A stretch of 45,738 nucleotides of DNA, counting the filler, from Jimgerdemannia flammicorona (taxonomy: Eukaryota): NCBI GenBank assembly GCA_003990765.1. It is 2 parts of 2 records of this genome, joined end to end, with 100 filler letters (N's around TTAATTAATTAA, not from the genome) between each part and the next. Parts side by side here need not be neighbours in the genome. Positions count along the whole stretch, not along the records: positions 1 to 22,821 come from RBNJ01001200.1; 1 more part is not named here. One strand, given 5' to 3'. Under the pieces are notes generated by a model that saw only the letters and a list, made by a program, of their open reading frames with translations, was not told the DNA's origin and made no database searches. The translations under genes and the position numbers were made by a program. Shown here piece by piece: positions 1 to 9,673 of this stretch (the first letter of the stretch is position 1; each line of letters begins with the position of its first letter).

Positions 1-59
1 AAAAAAAAAAAAAAAGAATCTTGCAAAAATAAAATAAATGATAATAGAAGATAATAAAA

Positions 60-2788
60 CTATTCATCTTGAGCTATAAATACAGGATTTAAAGTAGCTG
101 CTAAGATATTTACAAAATTATCAGTCTGTCTGATATTTCTGGTTTCTTCTATTTTAAAATACTGATCTCTCAGTCTTTCCAACAATTCATTGAATGCTAG
201 GCAACATTTGTTAGCCTCTCTCTCTTCTTCTGTTTGAAGAATTTGTGGTATTTCTACTAACTCACGACTTTGATAAATCTCAAAACCATTTTCACTAAAA
301 AGTTGTTGAAATGTCATCCAGTATTCTGGACTAAGAAGCTTTGTACCATAAATGTCCTCATGAAAAATATATCTACAAAGTACTAGATAATGAGTAAAAA
401 ATCAACAGTAACATTCTGCAGTTTTCAAGTCGGAACTGCCTTATCCTTCTCTAATCTTGATGCTATAGCAAGAGCTTCATCACCAATTAATTTTTGTACT
501 GGATATGGAAATTTGTGAATTTTATCCAAAATATCTTCAGAAATATCAGCTAAAGAAATTCTGCTGGTGTGAAAAATAAAAGCTGCCTTTTCTGAATCAC
601 CATATTTCTTGTTATCAATTTCAATTATTTTGTAAGCAGCTCCTAATAATATTGAAAAAAAAGGGGAGGAAAAAAAAATCAGTATAAGAGAGCAGCAAAT
701 GAGTAAGTGAGTGAGCATGTGGCAAATGAGCAATTGAGTGAGCAGCAAATGAACAATTGAGCAAGTGACAAATGAGCAATTGAGTGAGTGGCAAACAAGC
801 AAGTGAGCAAGCCACAAATGAGCAAGTGAGCAAGCAAGCCACAAACGAGCAAGTGAGCAGATAGTAAACAAGCAAGTGAACAAGCAGCAAATGAGCAAGT
901 GAGTGAGTATATAGCAAACGATCAATTGAGTGAGCGGCAAATGAACAATTGAGCAAGTGGCAAATAAGCAATTGAGCGAGTGGCAAACGAGCAAGTGAGC
1001 AAGCCACAAATAAGCAAGCTGCAAACGAGCAAGTGAGCAGGTGGCAAACGAGTAAGTGAGTAAGTGGCAAATGAGCAAGTGAGTGAGCATGCGGCAAATG
1101 AGCAATTGAGCAAGCAGCAAACGAACAATTGAGCAAGTGGCAAATGAGCAATTGAGTAAGCAGCAAACAAGCAAGTGAGCGAGCGGCAAATGAGCAAGTG
1201 AGCAAGCTGCAAACAAGCAAGTGAGCAAGCAAGCCACAAACAAGCAAGTGAGCAGGTGGCAAACAAGCAAGTGAGCAAGTGGCAAATGAGCAAGTGAGCG
1301 AGTATGTGGCAAATGAGCAATTGAGCAAGCGGCAAATGAACAATTGAGCAAGTGGCAAATGAGCAATTGAGCAAGCGGCAAATGAGTAAGTGAGCGAGCG
1401 GCAAACAAGCAAGTGAGTAAGCACATGGCAAATGAGCAATTGAGTGGCAAATGAGCAAGTAATCAGAATTAAAATTATACATACCAATAATTCCAAAAGT
1501 AACTGAAGTTATTGATTTCAGTTCACTGTGGTAAGACTCAAGTACATTAGTTGAAGTTACTTGTAGTAACAAAGGTGAGTGTTGTCTGGCCCACAATGTC
1601 CATTTCTTAGTATTCTTCATATAATTTCTGCAAATATACTGAGCAATGTCTTAAACAGGACAGTTGTTGATAGCTTCTTGAATAACTACATCACAACCAA
1701 TTTGAGTCCTCTTGTGCATTGCAAGGATCATCTTAGCACATATTTGAGTGTGATAAATTTTTCTCATCCATATAGGCATAGTATGTACTGTATATAAGAT
1801 GATATCACATTCTTGTTCACCTCCTTGAATTCCTGGAAATACAATTGTAATTCCATTTGCTTCAATGTTGTTTTAGTCAGATAACATATATCGAGGTTGC
1901 CATCTAGGTGCCATAGATCAAATCCTTTTTAGTCCAGCTGCAACCATTAAGCTATCTTCATCACTAACAAAGATATGACCACTGATGTCCCAACATCCAA
2001 CACTATCTTGAATATATAATGTAAATAAGCGCCATTTCCACTTATTAGTATGGTGTGTTGAATCAATTAGAGTTAGCCAGCCATATTTTATCAACTTTGT
2101 CAATTGTTCTGAACTAGCAAAACTAAAACCTTTTTTTAGTTCACCAGAATGAAAATAGTCCACCTGATATTACTGGTTCTTCAGATAACTAGTAGCTTCT
2201 TCAATGTCTTTTTTCAGATTATCATTACCAATCAGATGCATATTCATTGGACCTTGGATTTTTGCCTGAATGTTGACAACCTCAATTCGACACAGATATT
2301 CAACTCCAGATCCTTCTCTGAATTGTTTTGTGGCAATTTCCTTGACAGTAGCTGTAATAGCAGGTGGATGATATAATTTGCTTACTTCTTTAGCTGCTAA
2401 AGTCTTGATAGCCTCAGAATGCTTTAGCATATCACTTTCTTCAAGAGTATGTGTATGATTAGGCAAATTTTGGTATCGTTTGATTTGTACCATTTGTGTT
2501 GTCTCCAAATGAGTAATCTTGATTTTTGCAGAACACTGGTCAGATTCACGGATTTTGGTTTTTCTGCACTTTTCATCAGGAACTCCATCTTGACGTATAC
2601 TAGATTTTACATGTTTTGTCAGATGACATATATATGTTGTCCAACTATCACTATTTTTGAGTTTGCCTGTAGTCTGAATTGATCATATATTTGATACATA
2701 TGTGTGACCACTGCTTTTTGAATTCTTGTGCAGAAATTTGGAATGGTTGTTTAATATTGAAAAATTATTGATGGAATATTTCAGCCAT
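60..2788 (-). pseudogene. Mutator-like (MULE) transposase pseudogene with C-terminal SWIM-type zinc finger, intron-containing
   Basis: ORF fragments LIDSTHHTNKWKWRLFTLY..GHIFVSDEDS (MULE DDE domain), HTHTLEESD and WTLWARQHSPLLLQVTSTNVLESYHSELK. Putative ATG at 2788. Multiple in-frame stops. A GTATGT..TAG intron at 643-1484 rejoins ...GIIG/AAYKII. Confidence 0.85.
686..1460. repeat. Minisatellite, ~23-bp unit (GCAAATGAGCAA[G/T]TGAGCAAGTG-like), about 30+ copies, inside the MULE intron
   Basis: Directly visible periodicity built from GAGC/AAGC/AAGT sub-units. It produces the three spurious Cys/Leu/His-rich ORFs at 425-1620. Confidence 0.95.
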
Positions 2789-2892
2789 TGTAGTATATGT
2801 AGAAGGATAGATAGGTAGATGTATAGAAAGAAGGTCTGATAGACTGACAAGTTATTTAAAATAATTGGTATATATATAAGTGCATCCAGCCC

Positions 2893-3063
2893 TTATACAC
2901 TAGCCCATACACCAGCCTATACACCAGCCCATATATCAGCCTATACACTAACCCATACACAGCCCATAACACCAGCCTATATACCAGCCTGTATACTAGT
3001 CCGTATATAGCCCATAACACTAGCCTATATACCAGCCTGTACACCAGCCCATATATCAGCCCC
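2893..3063. repeat. Tandem repeat, ~12-bp unit (ATACACCAGCC[C/T])
   Basis: Visible reiteration. It translates as YGLV/YRLV in the spurious ORF 2856-3065. Confidence 0.85.
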
Positions 3064-3079
3064 AATCATGACAAGTAAG

Positions 3080-4330
3080 TCATAGACAATTTCTAAAAAT
3101 AATTCTGATACTGCTGAGTTGTGATGGTAGATGCTTTAGTGAACCCTCTGTCTGGGTAGTCTTTGATGACATCACTATCAATAACATTAGCTCTGATGAA
3201 GTAGTCATCCAGGAAGAGTGGTTTGCATTACTTGTACTCAGGTGGTAGAGTGGTTGGTTCAATCTCAAGGATTGTCTGGAGGTATAGGTTGTGTTCTCCA
3301 GTCTCTTCATTGTAGTTGAAGTAATCAGGGGTGAATATGGATTGGTATTCATATCAGTAGTCATTGTCCCAATAAGTCTCATATGCTGTTATGAATTGTT
3401 GTAAGTTCATCGGCAAGGTTGGTAGTGTGATCAGGGTTGGCAGAGATCCTTGACTTGAGGTCATGTTGGTATCAGAGGGATCATTGTCTTCTGCTTCGTC
3501 TTTGTCGAAGTAGATTATATTTTAGACATCCTTCATAACATATCCAACTTGGGGCATTTGCAGAATATGATCGTTGGGGTGGGGGAAGGTTCTGTCTGTA
3601 GTTTTAATATACTCAAGGTACTTGTGGTTGAGTTTTTATATCATATTGTTGATTTGGCCATAGGACAGGGTAGTAACCATTTCAGCTATAGTAACTTGGA
3701 GGTAAGAAATAACAGTGCTATATTCGTAGAAGAGTTCTCAGTATTTGCAGACAATGAGTTTCTGGTATTGAGACATCTGGGTAATGTCTGTATCATGGTA
3801 GTATTTGACTATATCTTCTAGGAGGTGGTCAATCTGATAGTAGCTTGAGATTTGTCCAATCTGGTGGGCCTTGTTCAGCATGTTCAGAGCATTCCATCAG
3901 GCTTCCACAAAGTAGAGGGGTACTAGGCTATGAATATTCATGAGGGGCAGAGAGGGTGTAGCTTGGTTGACAATGGCATTCCAAATGTCAGCACGGATAC
4001 AGTTGTAGATCTCAGTAGTCATGTTTGTGTGTTGGAAGTTGTGGTTGTTGTTTGTTTTGGTTCTCTGTTTCGATGCATCTCAGTGCTCAGTATATATGCA
4101 TTTGGTCCTGATTGGTAAGATTCTGTTTATGTAAATCTTATGTTCTGTAACTTCATATTGACTCAGCTTTGTATGCTATAACTTTGGTTTGACTCAGCTT
4201 TGTGATTGAGCAGGTGATTTCCAGATTTGTTCAGAGGTTGTGTGTGATTTCAGTGGCTTGTTCAGAGAGTGATGTGTAATTTTGGTGGCTTAGAGGTTAT
4301 GCACTTACAGTAATATAGGGCCAGAGTATC
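3080..4330 (-). mobile_element. Unclassified repeated element with decayed ORF (copy 1); homologous to ~31950-32600
   Basis: The reverse complement of 3828-3860 (ATTGGACAAATCTCAAGCTACTATCAGATTGAC) matches 32332-32364 at 31/33. Further collinear blocks include AEMVTTLSYGQI vs AKMITTLTYGQI. Confidence 0.7.
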
Positions 4331-4628
4331 CATGTGATCTGAATCTATACTGAAATCCAACTGCTTAAAGCTGCTTCTCACAGTGAGTCATTGGGTTACA
4401 AATTCTGTATGCTCTCTCTGATCTAGACTTCTATACTAATTAGTAGCTTGGGGTTACCTTTTGCTGCTAACAGAGGACTATAAATTTGATATATTCTCTC
4501 TATTAATCTCACCAATCTCTTCCCTACTTGGGCTGCTTAAGAGTAGCTCCTTGCAGCTGGCAAGAGGCTATAAACTCTAGTATACTCTCTCTGCCTGCCA
4601 TCTTATACTCTAAGCTAAACTCTCTCAC

Positions 4629-4660
<32 letters not shown>

Positions 4661-4739
4661 TGAATAAAAAATAATTTATTTTCAACTTTTGTTTAATACT
4701 ACAGAACTCACTCAATTTTAGCAATCTGTGCCTCACCAA

Positions 4740-7700
4740 GACTTTAAATATATATAAGTCTAGATTGTCTCAGTATTTAGCATATATCTTTTAGGAGAAA
4801 TAAGATCTACTCTACTAAAGAATACTCACTTGACTGGAGCACTAGTGACAGAAATAGCCAGGTAGTTCTGAGCTATACTATATAGACTGAGGAAGTCTGT
4901 TTGATATATCTGTGGCTGTATGTCCCAGGGAGTGAAATGGTAATTAGAATGATAGTTAAAATTGATCTAACCCTACTAACTACCTATAGGAAGACAACTT
5001 ATCTTCTATCAGTTAAATACCTCTATACTCTTCAGCAGGATCATATAGTTACTAGCAAGATAAATGGTGAGTTTGTCTATTGACAGTAGTTCTTTCACTG
5101 ATGGCTCCCTCTTCTTCTTTCTGCTAAAGTAAATATATAACAGAAGAGATTCTTCAGTATATTTATCTAAACTTTAGCTGGAATCTTATAGTGATGTGTA
5201 GTTTTTCTAGTATATTTCAATTATGACTTACTCGACTTCCTCAATATAGTGCTGCTCTCACTGATCTTTATAGCATTATAGCTTTAAGTATAAATCCAAT
5301 ATTATTTTGAAAAAGAGGATGAGTTTTGTAGAGATTTCTCTTTTGTAGAAGAGATACCTACTATATAATATATCTATACTAATTGAGTATATAGTGGTAT
5401 CTGTTTTGAAGTAGTATTTTCTAAGCTTGCTCAGAGAAACCTCTATGGCATCTCTCTGATCTAGACTAAATCAGAAATCATCACTATTCTCTAGTCTATC
5501 CTTGAGCTTGTCCTCTAGTCAATCAATCAAAAGATTATATACTGGTATTGTAGAGCTTATTATTGAGATAGTTTGTTTGACTATATTTTTCATACAATTA
5601 TTGAAACACTAGCAGTTAAGAATAGTAAATTGTTATATTACTATATAGAGATAGATAAAATAAATATAGAGTTAAAGTAATTATTACTTACTTTCAAAAC
5701 TCTGATAACATTTCTTAGTATATTTTACTTATCTTTATCTATAGCCTCACTCTGCATTTTCTTGTCAGCAGTACCTGTAGAATCTATTGACTTTTTTTTT
5801 TTTTTTAAAAAAAAAAAAACATTTTGAAATTAATTAATAATCTTCAGTTATCCAAAACAATTTACTTTAGTCAATTAGAAAAAGAGTACATACTATAGCA
5901 AACTCCAGTATATACCAAATCATTATAAATGTTAAGTTCTAATATATACAGATATCTAATATTAAAACTAAACTGATTGCCCTATACTGAGCAGTGAATT
6001 TATCTCATCATTGTAAAGATAATTAGACCAATATAACTAGTTTATATAGCTTGAAAACAATACTCAGGATTCCTTTACTTTTAGATGTTTGTCTATATGT
6101 ATAAGATAATTCTGAATAGCAAGATTTAGTATATAGGTCTGATAATATATATAGTAGTTTTCTATACTAAAGACCTCATTTTTCTATTGAAGGACTACTA
6201 AAATTCAGAAAAATACTATATTATTTGTAGTATTATTCATAATAATAGCCAAAATCTGTACTTGAAATTCTCAGTTGACAAATTTATATAAAAATAAATA
6301 ACTATTAAAATCTGTTTTATTTTAAGATTTCTCTCAAAACATCAATCAGATAGCAAGCCTCTCCTTTTTATCTTAGTTGTGATTTCAACCTCCTAAATAC
6401 AACTAATAAAGATATCTATAATGTTTTCTTCAGAATAAGAAATAGTAAGTTTGATGAAGTCAAGGATAAGAGATTTAAGTTATCAATTGAGGTCAATCTA
6501 ATAACTGGTAATATCCAGAAATGAAATTATATTGAGAGATATCTATATATTGATTGTAAATAAAATTCTGTCTACTGAATTCTATTTATTAAATATAAGA
6601 TTAAATTGGTGAACTCTTTATATATACATATATATAATTTAGCTTACAATGGTCATGGTATTGCTCTTATTTATTTATTTTACCTAATACTCTCAATAAA
6701 TTAAATTGAATTAAATTTGACTCAAATTTAATTTGATTTAATTGAATCAAAAGTCTAATTTAATTTGCTTCAAATCAAATCAAAGGTCCAATTTGAATTG
6801 AGATTCAATTCAAACTCTATTTTTCAAAATATAATAACTTGATGAAAATATATCCAAATTTAATAATTTTTAGCTTATTAGATTCCTCTATATAAGAGAA
6901 ATCTAACAAGCTAAAGATTATTAAATTTGGATATATTTTTGTTGAGTTATTATATTTTGAAAAATAGGATTTAAATTTAATCCTCAATTTAATTCAAATT
7001 TGATTTGATTTGAACTTAATTTGAATTAAATAACTTTCAATTCAATTTAATTTGGATTGATTTGATTTATTTAGGAGTACTAATTTTATCTAAAGTATCT
7101 GGTAAAGATTATCATACTCTCTATAGATCTCTAGGATATCTTTGTAAATAGTATCAGTACTTGGTAGATATAAATTATACTTAAGGAGACCAAAGATACT
7201 ATATAATTAGTTACTCTTAATGATTATGAATGGTTAATCTGTATATATAATCTAGTAAATGAGTTAATTTCAAAATTCTACTAAAGAATATTGCTAAATA
7301 TTTTTGATTAAATAGAATTATTAATATAGAAATAGTCAGACAATCAGATAAATATACATTACAGCTTAGATATTGATTTTATTTATTTCTATATTCTTTA
7401 GAGTATTTGTCTTTTATATATTAATATATATTCAAAGTTAAACTACTAAGTATTTTGAACTTCTAGCTATATAGTATAAGAAGTTAGTAAAAATAATATT
7501 ATATATATTTCAAACAAAGTATTAGTTGTATTATAAATATATCTTCTTTTTTTTACAAATAATATCATCTTCAGTCTTAATATAATATTACTAGATTTCA
7601 GAATAAGAATTATATAAAAAGTGTGAAACTATATATCAAGAATATTTAACTTGAAGTATTATTAGTACTATGAACTATTGAAGACTAATCTATCAATATA

Positions 7701-7973
7701 TATGTTTATATATTTATATATATATATTATATATATATATCTAGTATATAAGTTATGTGGAGAATTCAAATTAGAAGATTTAGATTAAAGAATTCAGATT
7801 AAATAATTCAAATTAGATGATTCAGATTGATTGATTTGGATTGAGTAATTTGAATAGAGTAATTTAGATTAATCTGAGTTAATTTAGATTGTTTTATATT
7901 TGAGATTAAGATCAAACTATTATATAATGAATCAAATCTGGATTTGATTTAAATTAACTCATTCAAAACACTA
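4740..7973 (-). mobile_element. Decayed hAT DNA transposon (transposase remnant plus one terminal repeat)
   Basis: Minus-strand translation near 4790-4900, DFLSLYSIAQNYLAISVTSAPVK*VFFS, is a decayed hAT C-terminal dimerisation motif (ARDYLAIPATSAPVERVFS). The end at 7953-7973 (ATTAACTCATTCAAAACACTA) resembles the MITE TIR at 9129-9149. Left boundary approximate. Confidence 0.75.
6685..7082. mobile_element. Palindromic hAT-type MITE (older copy) nested in the hAT remnant
   Basis: Ends TAATACTC...GAGTACTA. 8-bp TSD ATTTTACC (6677-6684) / ATTTTATC (7083-7090). Internal ~150-bp palindrome at ~6820-6968. Confidence 0.8.
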
Positions 7974-8525
7974 TATAGAATATAGACAGTAGTGTATATT
8001 TGTCTATTGAGATATATATTTTCAAATTCTGATCAATGAGATTGATTCTATTATATAAATTATATAATAAAAATTTACAAACAAATTTATCTATAAATTG
8101 TCAATAATATAAGAGATAAGAGACTAGTAATTTTCTTTTATTAACTAAACTGAAGTTGATTTATTTCAAATATAATAACTGGAAGTATATATATTAGCTA
8201 AGTAATGATCTATAGATTTTGACTAAATATATATACTAATTTAGATATATCTACTCTGTCTGCTCTGTAAACAAATATACTAATACTAAGATAATTTATA
8301 CAAAATTTTGAATTTACCACTAATAATTATATCAGCCTCTAATATCTATTTATATGTATATACTCTAAATAAACTGACTATTTATACTCAGAACAAACTA
8401 TTTACTTTCAAAACAAATAATCTATTAATTAGATAATATAACTAAGAAATACTATACATATTACTATTATTCTAAATATTTTCTTGTTTATCTTTTTATA
8501 TGTTGCTCATTTATAATATTATTAC

Positions 8526-9149
8526 TAGTGCTCCTAATGAGTCAATTTAATCCGGATTGGATTCGGATTGATTTGGATTGAATCTCATCCGAATCAACTC
8601 CGATGGGATTCGAATCCCATCGAGATGGATTGGAATCAACCATTGTTTTGATTTCCAAATTAGATAATTAAATGTTTACATCAATAACTTAATGAATAAT
8701 CATCCAAATTTGATGATCTTGGTGTCATTTGAAAGCCCTTAATAAGGCCTATCTAATGTTACCAAGAACATTGAAATCCGATCATGCGTTGCTGAGTTAT
8801 GAAGGAAACCGTCTGAATCGCCGATTTTGGAAATTCTTTGATTTGCCGATTTTGGAAATTTCGTCAAATAGAACGTTTTCCTTAATATCTCGGCAACGCG
8901 TAATCCGATTTTAATGTTCTTGATATCATTAGAAAGGCCTTATTAAGGGCATTCAAATGACACCAAGATCATCAAATTTGGATGATTATTCATCGAGTTA
9001 TTGATGTAAAAATTTAATTGTCCAATTTGGAAATCAAAACAATGGTTGATTCGAATACATCCGGATGGGATTCGAATCCAATCCGAGTTGATCCGGATGG
9101 GATTCGAATCCATCCGAATCCCATCCGGATTGACTCGTTCTGAGCACTA
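8526..9149. mobile_element. Young foldback hAT-type non-autonomous element (MITE)
   Basis: TIR TAGTGCTC...GAGCACTA. Perfect 8-bp TSD ATTATTAC at 8518-8525 and 9150-9157. Arms ~8526-8798 and ~8885-9149 are long inverted repeats. CpGs are retained. Confidence 0.92.
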
Positions 9150-9219
9150 ATTATTACTAGATTATATAATTGCTATTTGTATCTTTATTTTAATATATGA
9201 TTCTATTATATATAGATCT

Positions 9220-9450
9220 TGTTTAATTTGATTTAAAATTTTTATTTATACTTTAAAATATAATAACTTAATAAAAATCTATTTAAATTTAATATTCTTT
9301 ATATTAGATTTATATATTTAAAGTAAATTTAATAAGCTAAAATTTATTAAATTTATTAAATTATTGAATTTTGAAAAATTAAATTTAAATTAAACTTTAA
9401 ATTAAATATTTTACTAAATTTAATTTAATTCAATTTATTAAAATAATTAA
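9220..9450. mobile_element. Very decayed relative of the 6685-7082 palindromic MITE
   Basis: AAAATATAATAACTTAATAAAAAT and ATAAGCTAAAATTTATTAAATTT blocks resemble 6826-6850 and 6905-6928. Confidence 0.5.
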
Positions 9451-9673
9451 TTTTGAATATTACATAAAATATAACTTAGATATAAATTTATAATCTCTAA
9501 CTCTATATTAAATTGAGATTTTAAATTTAAGATCTACTAATCAAATATCTATTTCTTATCTATAACTATATATCACAATATCAACTAACAATATCAACTA
9601 TTAATAAAGTAAAATATAAAAATCAATAACTTCATCTTGCTTTTCTATCTCAAGCAATATTCTTTTTATCAGT

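Noticed and set aside
425..1620. Three long Cys/His/Leu-rich ORFs suggesting a metal-binding or membrane protein, or a CRISPR-like array
   Set aside because: All come from a stop-poor minisatellite inside an intron, and there are no unique spacers.
8729..8914. 61-aa ORF in the foldback element
   Set aside because: Short, no recognisable motif, and lies within a palindromic MITE.
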